The translations under genes and the position numbers were made by a program. This document shows, piece by piece, positions 38,641 through 51,278 of a stretch of 64,000 bases of DNA. A model generated the notes under the pieces. That model was not told the DNA's origin. It saw nothing but the letters and a program-made list of their open reading frames with translations, and made no database searches. Source of the DNA: Phoronis australis (lineage: Eukaryota > Animalia > Phoronida); the NCBI GenBank assembly GCA_002633005.1, contig NMRA01000007.1, positions 432,617 to 496,616 of the forward strand. Reading direction: 5' to 3'. Positions within the stretch are counted from its first letter, which is position 1. Every line of letters begins with the position of its first letter.

Positions 38641-41217
38641 TTCCCCATGTTGGCTGTATTGAGTGCCGCCACTCCTTGTGCCGTCTCCGTCAGGGGCTCT
38701 TTAATTGGCGCTGTATGCCACCTCCCCCATGTTTGCTTGATTCTGTCCGCCGTCGATCCGTTTGTGCCTTCTCGTCAGGGGCACCTTTTCCCTACTCCTC
38801 ATATCCCTCCTTCATATCCAGTTAATTTTATTTTCGTGCCCATTCCTTTGCCAGTACTTTTTGCCCTTGCGGCACTGTGAGCCCTTTCGACATCGTCTTC
38901 CCCCCGGTTTTCTACCGTTGTTGTTCCACCCCTTTCGGCCCCTTCCTTGTGGCCGTTCGTGCCCTCACTATTCGGTCCCTCTGTTCCCTGTTCTTTTTCT
39001 TTCAGTTCCCTCGCGTCTCATCTCGCTCTCCGACGTTGCCATACGCTCGTTCATCACCGTCTTCACCGGCTACCACATCCATCGACTCCCGTCTTCCGCC
39101 GACTCAAGACATCGCACCGTCGTAGCCTCCGTCGTAACCCCACTGCCAGCGGACCTGTCCCTCTTGATGCCATCCGCTCTCGTGTCGTCGACCTTACGAT
39201 CCTTCGTAGTTTTTCATGTATTTTTCTTTTAATTTGTTTTGTTATTTGTAGGTTACTTTACTGGGCCATCTATACTCCCTTTTCCCCATTTTGTTAAGCC
39301 GCTCTATATTTTTGCGTTTATTTCCTTTCATTTATTACCTCTCTGTGTCCCCCATTATCGGCTTTCAGTCAATTAGGTTAGCTATTTTGTTATTTCAATG
39401 TTTTTGTTTTTCTTTTATGTATTTGATTTTTTTAATTTATCAATCGACCTCTGCTAGTCACATTTGTCTGTTCGCCATCTTGCTTCTGCGGTTTGTTGGG
39501 TATCAGGCTGCCAGCATTTTTGGCTTACTAGTCTCTGTTATCTGGTGCTATTGGCATCCCGGAGCCAGTCCTCCAACGCCTGGTAGTCTGAAGCTGTCCA
39601 GGACTACATCCGCGTGTCAGTTTTCCCCCCACCTCGTCCCTGATTTCCCCTTCCTCTTGTCTCCCCCATCCCCTCCCTTCAGTTCCCCACCCCACTCGTT
39701 ACCTCCCTTTCGGTGTCAGTATTGCCTGCACCTTTCCCCTCCACACTGTCCCCTTCGTTTCCGTATATTGTTAGTCTCACTTGTAGTTTATTTCACTTTT
39801 TTTTTGTCAGTTACCTTACTAGTTCTTTTTTACCCCCTGTTAGACAATTTGTTAGGCTTTATTTTGTTTTCATTTATCTTTAACATTGTTACTCTACCTA
39901 GCTTTTTAGTCAAGCTATTGTTCGGCGCTGTATTTCTGTTATGTTAGCTATTTTGTTATTCTCTGTTAGCCATTTTGCTTCTATAGTCCTTGTCTTTTAT
40001 TTTTCGTTTCTCCCCCGTTCCATTTTTGTTTACGTTTCGCCCCTTTTCTGTTTCTTATGTTTCTCGGTAATCACAACTTTTCGAGTTCTAGTTTACCTTT
40101 TAGTTTGATGTATTAGTAGTTCGTTCTTTATCACTTGTTTTTCCGTTGTTATTATTCTTTTCTTCCCGCCACGACACGGGGTGAGACAACACCGGCACCT
40201 GTTCCAGCCCTGGGCAATCGTACCTCCCCCTCCGGTTTGGCACCCGGAGTTAGGGTTGGGTATCGGGCTGACAGCGTTTGTAAGTAGTTCTGCACACTAT
40301 TCCTTTCATCTCTCTCCCTTCGCGCGTCCCTGCGGATGGCCATGAGCTGTCTTACAACATCTCTGTGGCGCTTTTTTATTGCCCACCTTACCAGAGATTA
40401 CCAATTATACGTTATTTACCTGTACTTATTCTATTGTAACTGTACTAGTCATAATAAATGACCTTTAGCTTATATCGCCTGCCTCCGTCTCCTTTTCATC
40501 TCTGGTAACGAGCTTGCGACGCGCGTATCATTTATCTATTATTCGGGACATATGTCGATCATAAATATATATATAGCTCAATTGATGGGATCGATCAGAT
40601 CACAAAGTCGGGAAGTCGGTTAGAGGTCGCGGCTGAACTAGTCTGCGTCGTACCCCAGGTCATTTGACACATCTTACTTCGACTCTTTGCCGCGATGAGC
40701 CCTCAGAAATAATTTGCGGATCAACGTCATGAAACTAGTCAGGGGTGTGGTGAACATCAACAAGTTTTTTGCGACATGCTGCTATGCCGACTTCACAGAC
40801 AGTCAGTTTCAAACCCCGACAACTACATTTTGCCGACTGAGACGAGTTTGTCAGCTCACGATAGAGACACTACTCCGCGTATCAGCCACATGTGCTGAAC
40901 GAATCTGCTTTGTACGCCAGGTCATTTGACACCTCACCTCTACTTGTTATATGTATATACACAATAGCGTGACCCACCTGGGATACTGAAAGTGGCTTAT
41001 TTCAGTTCTGATTTCCGCCTCCGGGGACCGAGTTCAGTGTCTTTGGTACGGACACAACATTATTATTTTGAAACAGTGAATGTAAACTAGGGATGATTTT
41101 TACAATGGGGCTATTCGGAAAATCTACAATAACTAGAGGGCGTGCGTGTACTAGTGGTGATAGATTAACAGCCTCGATTTCGCGAGCCCTTTAAATACAT
41201 GGTGAAATGGCTTGCAG

Positions 41218-41291
41218 CCGTGCCAACTGAATCTGATATTGCGTAAAAAGGGTGCTTCTAAGAGAGGAAGTAAGCACGACCTCATACAAAG
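41218..41291 (+). other. Possible upstream exon of the TRIM-like gene
   Basis: ttgcag| acceptor and strong AG|GTAAGG donor; open frame ending in phase 2, compatible with the 41684 acceptor; no recognisable domain. Confidence 0.35.
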
Positions 41292-41683
41292 GTAAGGTTT
41301 GGGATTATTTTAACGATTATTCCATGATTATTCTACCGATGCCTGTTAACTGAGGCACTCGCCGATGTCGACTTCGCGGCAGTCAGTCGCCAGCCAGAGT
41401 CTGGTTAATCTTTGTATGTTGTGATATGTGATACGATACTTGTCGTAGCAATCGGGATCTTTTCGTACATCAAAGCATTATTATTGTTTGGAATGATTTC
41501 TAAAAGTTTATCAGTGACAGTTCCATCAATCAATGCTGAATGTTTATGCTGTCAACTCGACAGGTTAATGAAGATTACAATCCAATCCCAATGGCAAAGG
41601 GTACGTGAGTGATAAATATCCATTGCATTAGACTATACTGGTGCAAAAGAGTACCCAGGCAATATTTACCTTACACATTTCAG

Positions 41684-42914
41684 CGACCTGTTTCCAGAGA
41701 ACAGCAAATTAGATTGTGAGGTATGTAAACTCTATGACAAAAATGCTGTAGCTGTTTCCTTGTGCATAGATTGTAAAGATCACTTGTGCAAGGAATGTTC
41801 TGTTTTCCATGGTAGAAGTAAACTGACATTTGGGCATCGAGTTGTCAGTCTCGACGAAGTCCGAAATGGTAAATATTTCGAAGAAATCAGACGGGCTCAG
41901 CTCCGATACTGTTCCACCCATAAAGACAAGCTATTGGAGATTTACTGCGTTGGGTGTGAAAAGCCAATTTGCTATTTGTGCAAAACGTTTAACCATGAAG
42001 GTCACGAAGTCAGCAACATTGAAGATGCTGTAGCAAAAGCAGACGAAGCTGTGGCGCAACTGTTTGGTCGGTGCAAGAAGGCTAGAGAATCTTGCGCCAA
42101 AGTTTGTGAAAAGAGAAAGGATGTCCTGCAAGAAATTGACCGACAAAAGAAAAATGGTTTAGTTCATATTAAAAGAACGTGCGATACCTTCAGAGGCAAG
42201 ATTGACAATGAAGAAATGATTGCTATCAAAACGTTTGAAAACCAAATTGATATTGCAAGAAGGAAAGCTGAAGTGGCCAACAGCGAAGCTGAACAAAAGC
42301 AAGCAGATTTTAGCAATATTTTGGGTTACATTGAGTCATTCCTAAGTTCAAGTCAAGACGTGGAAAAGCTGTTGCAATTCAGCGATATTCAGTTACGCCT
42401 CAAGAGTCTGGAAGGAGTGGACTTTGATACGACTGTGCTAAAACCAGCGATTGCGTTTCTGCCTCAAACTTTTTCAGTAGCTGATTTTCTTGTGAAAGTG
42501 GAAATATCACAGCACTCAGAAAACATACCAGGCTTAGACTTTGGAGATCTAATTGAACGGGAACCTTGGGTTGATGATTGGAGCGCGTGTCCACGTAAGG
42601 AAAGAAGAGGTTTCTGTCCGCCACCTAAATATAAATCATCACAAAAGGGTCGTCCAAGCGTCAGGTCTACATTCATTAAATTAGTTAAGGAACCTGTGTT
42701 CAATAATGAAAGGTGGAAACATAGTGATAATCAATTTCTAACGTCGACGACCTATGAAGAGGACGATGATTTTTTAGAACATAGATTGTTAACAAACGAT
42801 GAATTCCTGGCTATAGACTTTATTCACGCGGCGGACATTGAAATCCAAAGCGTGCCTCACTGCGATAAACAAAGCGGAAATTTACATTGCGTGAGTAAAT
42901 GGAGTCCAACCTGA
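41684..42914 (+). CDS. TRIM-like B-box1/B-box2/coiled-coil protein, large exon (5' exon(s) uncertain)
   Basis: catttcag| acceptor, then CEVCKLYDKNAVAVSLCIDCKDHLCKECSVFHGRSKLTFGHRVV (B-box1), YCSTHKDKLLEIYCVGCEKPICYLCKTFNHEGH (B-box2) and a long heptad/coiled-coil segment. Confidence 0.85.
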
Positions 42915-43618
42915 ATATTAAATCTTAAAAAATGTGTCAATAATTAACCCCAGAGACGTAGAAAAATACAGTTAAAGAACAAGTCAATGTACCAAAGAGT
43001 TGTCTGACGAAAAGATATAGGTTTTTTCGGGAAAACTAGGTTCGAAGCATGAAAAGTAAACATGACCAAATTGCGGCGATCGTAGTGTTACGGATCAGGT
43101 ATCATGCTGAATGCAGGGTTACGTTTCTTCTAATAAATTCTTGATAAAAATGCTGTCTACACGAATCAGGTCATCTGGTCCTATTGTTGACGAGTTGAAG
43201 ATATTTTCGACAATGGTGGCTCATAGTATTTTCATGATGCCATGTGCAATTAGTCTCATCTGGTTCAATTTGTTGATCAAGAGTAGGCCTATTAGATTCA
43301 AGCATAGCCTAGGTCCTGGTGAGGTAGGCACTACCGGGACTAACAGTTGATTTGTCATTGATCTGAAATAATACTTGATGTTATTAAATATATATTTTGA
43401 TTACGATAAAATACTAGGCTCGCAATTGAAAATAAAAATTATATGACCATCAATTCTGCTTTCTTGGTTTTAATAATTACGTCTATTCCATGTGTTATCT
43501 CTTTCAAATATCAATCTCGACCAAGTTGAATTTCAAAATTAAAACACCTATATAATTCTTTCGTCCAAAGCATAACCTCGTTTTACTAGAGCTCAATTTC
43601 AGTTAACTGGACAGAACA

Positions 43619-44168
43619 CAGTGGCGGATTTAGAGGGGAGCCAAGGGGCTATGCCCAGCCCCCCCTAAAATTCTCCCAGATTCCATTTGGCAGTTCAGGN
43701 CTCATGTGGGTGCGGCCTTCTGAGAGGGGAAAGTTTGTTCGCCGAGTGACGGGTCAGTGAAAACTCTACTGACCTACCGATCACCATCAATAGCACCCCG
43801 CCCTTTTGCAAGCTCTCATAGCTCTGTCTGAAGTAGCATTTTCAGTGGCTGATCTAGGATACCATATAGGCCTAGTGAGGGGGCCGGGGCACGACATCCT
43901 CGGACAAGCGGGCAAAGCGCGATTGTCGGTATGCACGCAGGCGGCCCGGAAGTTGCGAGCGCCGAGGATGTATTCCTTCTGCTCAGGAAATCTGTCCTTG
44001 GACTAAAAAAATAAAACGGAACGTGTTTTCCCCCCTCGTCCGCTACCGGTCCTAGCTCGAACTCAGTACAAGTTTCCTCCCGCTTCACGTTTTGCTGGTT
44101 TATTTTGTTTGCGGCAGTCAAGGGGGGGGGGGGCGGGGCGCGCCCCTGCCCCCCTAAATCCGCCTATG
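43619..44168. mobile_element. GC-rich MITE family copy or copies joined at N43700
   Basis: CAGTGGCGGATTTAG start, TAAATCCGCCTATG end; shared internal motif with the other copies. Confidence 0.65.
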
Positions 44169-44449
44169 ATTTTTTTACTTTTTCAAATTGTCACCTCTGT
44201 GGTCACAGGTGATTTGAACCGTTGGAGAGAAATTTTCAATCACAAAGGGGATTTTTAGGCCTCGTGGCCGGGAATTTGGCGGGATTTTTCAATATTTTTG
44301 AGAGGGGAATAGAGCCGATATTTGGCCCCAAAATTGAGGGAATGAGAGCCCTGTCCTTTTTGTAAAGAAAAATGCATTGCGCCTCAACCCATATAGTCAT
44401 GAAAACACAGCCTGGCTGGCCGAAGATTCTCCGGTCCTCGAGATAAGAC

Positions 44450-44615
44450 AAATTATGATTCGAAAACACTTATAAATTTTACACGGACATATTTTTCTTC
44501 GTCGCGGCGTATGGCAAGGACCCAACGCTTCCGAATCCCAACGTCCTTAGGGATTGTAAAACAGAGTGTCCGTATTTTTTCTAGCTGTTCGAGCAACGTG
44601 GAGTACAACTACGCG
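44450..44615 (-). pseudogene. THAP zinc-finger remnant from a DNA transposon
   Basis: CTPRCSN.../FTIPKDVGIRKRWVLAIRRDEEKY.../CFRI-SNH with stop and frameshift; matches THAP CxVPxCxN...FPKDxxxRxxWxxAIRR. Confidence 0.7.
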
Positions 44616-45319
44616 GATAAGCCACCAGAGCTATCGTAGCGAGGCTCGTTTTGGAACGCGCCTCCTGTCGGCGTGAATAGGGTCTATGCCTTTGGTGGAG
44701 GATGTAGACTAAATGGGAAGGGATTGCCACAAATGGTATTCAGTACTTCCTTAAAGTTGTTTTAAGTAAATTGAGTTAAGAAATTTGGCCTGCGGAGCGT
44801 TCACTAACGCTCAAACCTCGCTAAAATCTAGCCAAAACCACTTGTTCTCATTTAAAATATACGGCAATATCTCACGTAATCTCGCAGTCTTGCTTTTCAG
44901 CGATGTCCTAGCGTTACTGAACACTACTGTTTGTGCTCTTGGCTACTAGGATATCGATGTGCCGCCATTTTAGAGCTCGTCCTTGTTTCGTCTTGAATTC
45001 TTGGCGCAAATCTATTGAGGTAACCTTCAGACAAGTGGAAATTGTCAAAAATTTGGTTGATAATGACATATTTTAGTCTGAATTTCTAGAATCTAGAGTG
45101 ATAGAACATTCGGCAGATGCTGGTCTACTTTCTTGCACCAGGGCATTCGTGAATATGTAATTTTAGGAAAGATACGGCCAAAAAATGTTTTATCATTTTT
45201 GGCATCGCGAATGTAGGAGGGTAAAAAGACATTGCTTTGTTGAATTTTTTTTCATTTTTGAGGAACCCCATAAAGTGTACTTTCTGACAGTTAGGCTATG
45301 CCTTTTTTATGTGAGAGGT

Positions 45320-45715
45320 CAAGTGGCTTTTTGCTTTAAACCCAGACAAGTGCAGTGCCCTTACTCTGACCAGAAAACGCCAAATCCAGCCCACCTCCTA
45401 TGTGCTTCACAACAACACGCTTGAGTGGGTCATGGAAGCTAAATGTTTGGGCGTCACCATCTCGCATGACTTTAAATAGTCGTTCCACATAAGCAACATC
45501 CAGAAGAAAGCAAATGAAACTAAGCTTTCATTGGGGAAGCTTTCGTATAAGCAGCCAACGATGCAAGGAGTTTTGCATGTAAAACAATCATTTGATCTTT
45601 CTTGGAATACGCCTCTATTGTTTGGGAACCCTTTACTCACAAAGACATTACTGCGTGCTGCAGAGGAAGTGCAGAGCCTGGGAGAGCTGCTCGCTGGATC
45701 ACGAGACGGTTCAAT
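45320..45715 (+). mobile_element. CR1/L2-group LINE reverse transcriptase C-terminal remnant
   Basis: Frameshifted NPDKCSALTLTRK...LEWVMEAKCLGVTISHDFK*SFHISNIQKKAN...LEYASIVWEP...EEVQ...RAARWI, matching KYLGVxIxxDLxW and LEYASxVWxP motifs. Confidence 0.8.
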
Positions 45716-45736
45716 CACCTATCCTCTATACTAACA

Positions 45737-45841
45737 GAGTTGGCTTGATGACTGTAGCTAATACAATGCCTATATATGTTACTTGAGAGAGAAAAGTAAC
45801 ATGTATAGGCATTGTATTAGCTACAATTACCAAGCCAACTC
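45737..45841. repeat. Palindrome (~48-bp arms)
   Basis: GAGTTGGCTTG..TGTAGCTAATACAATGCCTATA.ATGTTACTT / AAGTAACAT.TATAGGCATTGTATTAGCTACA..CAAGCCAACTC. Confidence 0.9.
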
Positions 45842-46473
45842 CGGCCCCTCCCCCCCTTGGCTGCCGCAAAAACAATAAAACAGTAAGAGCGTAGGGAAAT
45901 GGTGAGTTTATTAATTAACCCCGGTAATTGAAATTATACGGATGAAAAAAGATTTAAATGTGTGCAGTTTTAGTGTTTGGGGGTGTGGGCTCAAACCTAA
46001 TTTCAAGTGTCAAATTCGGAACACGGCGCATTCCTAACGGAACTATGGCTAAGTATAGGCTCTCCCGCGATATCCCAGGCGACCGGCAGTGGCGCGACTC
46101 TGTTTTCGTCGTCTGCTCCACTGTGCAATGAAGAAAATTTACTTCATTTTTTAAAGAGAATGGGACCTGAGCGACGATGAAAAAACAGAAGCTGCAGGTA
46201 AGATGTGAATGTTAATCGAAGCCTTAGTGAATCACTCAGAAACTCGCAATACTCTCTTTGTCAAACCTTATCTTAAGACGATTTCCAAAGCAATCCCGTC
46301 ATTATTGCCAACACGAAAAACGGATTTGGTCTTTTGGGCATTTAAAGACTATTTAAAAACACGACAAATTTGTTAAGAATTGATGTCACAAAATATAAAA
46401 CGTATAGCATTACGAAAAGAAGTAGGCTGTGGACCAAAAAAAGTAGGTCTTTTAGTAAGAGATTTGTAGTTAA

Positions 46474-46545
46474 ATCGTGGTGGTGTAGTGGTAACGCACG
46501 CGCTCTCTACGCGCCAGGTCGTGAGTTCGAGTCTTTGGTACATTC
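46474..46545 (+). pseudogene. tRNA-derived pseudogene or SINE head (CTC anticodon-like loop)
   Basis: A box TGGTGTAGTGG, stem CGCG-CTCTCTA-CGCG and B box GTTCGAGTC; the acceptor stem does not pair. Confidence 0.6.
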
Positions 46546-46981
46546 AGTTTTTCCTGTTTGACACGTTCTCCGTGTTTTTATTTTTTTTAAAATTTTTTTT
46601 CTTTTTTTCTTGGATAATATTTCAGGAATCAAGGAAAATGCTTGATTTGATTTTTAGAGGTAAAAACAGAAAAATTTCCTGAGCGGGAGGGGGGCAAACC
46701 CCCCTCCCGACCTCCCCCCATTCGGTGCNCTTGATCCCAGACCGCCCCGAGATGCTCCAGCAGCCAACTCGGGGCGGTCTCTCACGAGGGTTTAGCGTTA
46801 TGTTGTTGGAACGGGCCAGCACCTGACTGAAGAATGGCCGGTCAGCAATCTCAATGCCCAGTCTGAAGATCACAGAAACATGTAGTAATTGATTGACCAT
46901 CTGTTTCTAAGAAGAAGCCAACAGGAACAAAGAGATTGTTAAAGTTTGAGTCCGAGTTAGTTGACCATGGTATTCAGTATC

Positions 46982-47020
46982 TGGGTTCAGTTGGATTGTT
47001 GAACAATCCAACTGAACCCA
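46982..47020. repeat. Perfect 39-bp palindrome
   Basis: TGGGTTCAGTTGGATTGTT-G-AACAATCCAACTGAACCCA. Confidence 0.95.
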
Positions 47021-49744
47021 TTCCCAGTCTCAAACATCATGTCTAAAGATTCAATTGAGCAAACTGATCGGAAAATGTTGTTTAAAATCAGTCCTTAGTC
47101 TTTGGATGATCAGATCAGACAAAAGTGCTCTTAGACTTCCCATGCATGAGGGACATGGATGACATCTGAAGCCGCTTCTTTGGAAAATTATGGAAGTTGA
47201 ACATCGTCCTCATGGGCTACTATTTCTCAGTGTTGTGTCATTCACTGACTTCACTGTAGTCATAATGCATGGAATATATGTAGATGTTTGCCAAACTTCT
47301 GTGCTGTACCGAGAGGCTATGATTGAGTGCTGCGTGCATTCGTCATCATGCTGGCAGTGGTGTAAGTTTGAACATTTTTCATTGCAAGAGATGGATCACA
47401 TTTATAGCTTATAATTGTTTTTAACATATAATTTTAAGAAAAGGTGACAAAGTTGATGATAGTAATTAGATCAGTGATATATTACGTTAAAAATTCTCCA
47501 GATTGAGACAGCTTTCTAAGTTCAGAACACAGAAATCATTGCTGAAATCTTTATCCTGAAATTTGAGACATGAGTGATATTTATATTTTCGTACTTTTCA
47601 AATTCCTAAAACTGTGTTGTAGCCTAACAGGTTGCAAGTATACGCTTGTAAGTTCACAGAAAGTGACTCTCATGACAAACATTTACCAGTTACCAGTGCA
47701 GTGCCCTTGAATTTCTGACAGATAATAGGTGTATGAATTTCTTAAAATTGATACAAGCTCCAACTTTGATCAAAATAATTATTCACTGTCCCAAAGAGTA
47801 GAGAATTTTTGCGTTATTAATTTTTGAAATTCAGTGTCTAGTTTACAGTAAACCTGATGGATGACTGTTCTTGTTTATAAGAGCATCTGGTTTAAGAAAA
47901 GAGGTTGTAAAAGTGATGACAATTTATTGTTTAGGTTTTAATCTTATGGTATGGTGTGGTAGTTTACACTAGCTTTACTTTATATCGGTAAAAATGTCAG
48001 TGACGAAAGGTGGAAATCATAAGTGACAACAGGTATCAATAGTCCATTTCAGTTAATGACTCTGAAGCAGATGATAATAGTGGCAGAACCCGTGTGGTTA
48101 AAGAGTCATGACATAATGCTTTAGATTTAAAAATCTTGAGGCATTCTCCTACATGTAAGCTTCCGGTGTTTTTCTCACAGGAAATGATGTGTGTGTGTTG
48201 TCAAAATCAGTTGCATACTAAGTTAGCCACTGAATGATCTCAGTGCTTAATATGCTTAAAGGGGTTTTAATCAAAGAATAATATTTTAATTTGTTAGATG
48301 ATACATTCCAAGGGAACTTGTGCCATGTGATAAAATGTTATTGTTTACACGTGTTTTGGAAAAAATGAGTGGTGTAACGAGATCATACCATTGTGTCTCT
48401 ATCATCTAGTGTCAATGTATAATACAAGAATACTTTTATATCAACATTTAAAATGTTATAATTTTGGATTTCCTATATGTAGTTAGGTTGAGAATGCATG
48501 CCTACATGGTGTTCTTTGCACATTTGTTACTTTGATAACACTATCACTGATGGTGTTACTCTGTCAAAAATAAAAAATTAAAGGGCAATTTTGACAGTAA
48601 AATCATCCATGAAAATCTTAGTTTAATGATGTGAATTTCCGACTCTGTCCCATTTTTTTTGTACGTAAGGGTGACCTTAAAGGGCTGCGGGGTTCACTGT
48701 TAATTCCAGGTTGTCGTGTCTCTTGGGGGGCATTTTTAATTTTTTATTTAGTGCATGTGCATTGAATAAATGTATGTTTTCGATTATTTTTTGGCAGCTT
48801 TCCCAGATTTCCGTAAAACTCCCAGGCTCAGATTTGAAAATTCTGGGTATTAGAAAGGCCATAAAAAGTTGATGCTGTGAAAGCTGTTGTGATACGAATA
48901 GATGTTATTGAAAGTATTTTCGTCTGCATTAAACTCACCATTCTAACACAATGTACGTGTCCTGGCGTCGATTACCACAACTGGTACGTTGGAAGCTAAT
49001 TCCTTGTTTTGCCGCAAGCGTTTCACGCCGTCACTTGTTGATGTCAGAACCTCAGGGTTAGCATACACTACTTGATAATTTCCTTTATACTTATATCACT
49101 AATTGGAACAGTACTACTTGCTTTTTTGGTATTGTAATTAGTGCACAGCAAAGATCTACTAAAGTTTGGTGGGCCAATAGCCAAACAAATTGCAGTTCAG
49201 TGTGGGAACGTCAATAGCGTAATTAGGTTGATCTGTCAACTACGTGCTTCTTCTGCTAATTTTATTTCATTATAATCGCACACTGAACGTTTTATGTTCA
49301 CTTAGAGATAACTAAGCCGTTTCAATGATGTTTTTTTTTGTTTTAAAATTGCTTCAATTAAAACTACAGGTACTCCAATATCGTCCGCATATGTCGCGAT
49401 TCTACTCGGGGATTCCATCGATAGGGCATTCTCCGAATTAATATGCGTGACAAGAGAGTCAAGTCTTTATTTTGATACATAAACGAGTCGACAAATTCGG
49501 ATTTTCCCTACTACAAGGATTATATACCCTTTTTAAGAACGTAGTCCTAACTTCTACAATACTCATTCAAATTACAACAATGACGGATCGTTTTTCTGCG
49601 GTTCATTTGGCGCGGATACGAACCGATATGATCTCGCGTGATCCAGCCTCATCACCCGTTTTTCGCGGTATTTTGTAAAATGTGAAGTGCCATATGTGAA
49701 AGACCAGTCGCCCACCGACAAGAGCGACGTCTTTCGTGAAAATG

Positions 49745-51037
49745 ACCGAGGCTCATGTTGCCAATGACCATCTATGAGATAATTCAGTCCAGAGTTGAGA
49801 CGATTGAGCGAAAGATCAGCAAATTGGTAAGAAAGTGGCTTGGTTTATCTAGGATTCTCTCACCAGTAGCTACGTACATGTAAAGTAAGCAAAGGAGGTT
49901 GCGTCTTCTAATTACATTTGTTGTACAAGTAGAAAAGTGCAAGGTTGCGAAGATTAGATGAGGTGAGGATCATCTTGACAATACCATAAGAGACAAACCA
50001 CCCAAGCTAAATACTGGAAGGAAATGGAAAGTAAGTGAAACAACAAAGACATCAAGTGAGATGGCTCATCAGAAAGAACTTGTTGTGTTGAGAGATGGCA
50101 GAAGACGTATCTGAGTGACCCAAAGAGAACATTTTTGGTCTGAGGCAAGGGGGTCAGAAAGAAGGAAACTACGTGAGCAAGAAGCCTGGCAAATGGAGGA
50201 AAAACGCCGCTCAGAGTGTAAACTGTGCAGCAGGCTCGACAGAGACGGTGACCCTGAATTGGGAAGGTGTGGAACAGCAGGTCATCAGTTGGAACGATTG
50301 GTGGAGAATGAGAGCAAGTCATCTGAAGCTCCTCATCCAGTCCGTCTGCAGATGTCTTGTTACCACCTGCTAACTTGGTGAGATGGGCTTTGTGGACACA
50401 TTCTTCTTGTCGTCTTTGCCATAGAAGTGGTAGTCTGAGACATATATTATCTGGCTGCAGTAAGGGGCTCACGTGCGGATGGTATACTTTCAAGCACAAT
50501 TTGGGACTACTGAGATGTTACATGTGAAGCAGTTGAGTATGCAGTAGTTCCATCTGAAGAATATCAAAGAATAACTTTCGTCAGGCAAGGGGTTGCAAGC
50601 ACGTAGTGTTAAGAGACCAGCTACTGTCAATAGGCAATGGACAGTTCGAATAGACAAGACACTTCCAGAGGGATTGCTCCTGTCTAGTTTGCGTCCTGGT
50701 GTGGTATTGGTTGATGAAGTGAAGAACCATCTTGTTCTTGGTGAACTAACAGTTGCATGGGAAGAGGGTTTCTATGAGCGTACGCTGTTAGCGGTGTGCA
50801 GAAATAGCAACAGAAATCCAAGGGAAATGTTACAGCTGTGAACTGATTCCTTTCGAGGTGGGCCAGTCGAGGTTTTCAGTCATTTTCTTTGTGGAGGTTC
50901 CTGAAGGTCACTGGTGTGAACAATTGCAGGAAGGTGGTCAAAGTGTGTGAAAAGAAGGCTGTGCAGGGCAGCACATGTATAATGCGGAAGTACCGATATT
51001 TCTTAACATGGAGTCAGGACTTGATGGCCGACTGCAA
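49745..51037 (+). mobile_element. Decayed RLE-type non-LTR retrotransposon (Hero-like) 3' fragment, copy 1
   Basis: Frameshifted PRLMLPMTIYE...IERKISKLVRKWLGL, PPANLVRW..CRLC...HILSGC...YTFKHN (CCHC zinc knuckle) and LRPGVVLVDE...GELTVAWEE...PFEVG (restriction-like endonuclease). Ends at a single N. Confidence 0.85.
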
Positions 51038-51278
51038 NATGTACACTGTATGATATCGCCCAAGACAACTTTACTATACACCAGTCAAATTCGAGTTACA
51101 AACGTGTGGGGTGTAATAGGATGACACGGCATGACACAAGATGAGGTAAAAACGTTGCACGTCAATTCGCCTGAATATCAGAGTTGCGGCACCACAGTAT
51201 TTCCCCCAATCAAACCAAAACATACCTTAGACTAAAGAAGCTAGTTACCTAAAGAAATCAGCTATAGAGCTGCTCTTT

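Larger units (their letters stand above)
38040..40520 (+). mobile_element. Decayed tyrosine-recombinase retrotransposon (DIRS/Ngaro-like), boundaries approximate
   Basis: 39480-39620 encodes, across frameshifts, LLRFVGYQAAS...GIPEPVLQRL..SEAVQDYIR, like the YR C-terminal motif IQxLGRWxSxAxxxYIR. Strongly C/T-skewed body; short inverted motif TTACCAGAGAT/ATCTCTGGTAA near the 3' end. Confidence 0.55.

Noticed and set aside
38051-39947. Long overlapping Pro/Cys/Leu/Phe-rich ORFs (up to 237 aa)
   Set aside because: They arise from C/T-skewed low-complexity repeat DNA and read through Ns; no domain except the short recombinase remnant.
46474-46545. Functional tRNA-Glu gene
   Set aside because: Acceptor and T stems do not pair properly; treated as a pseudogene or SINE head.
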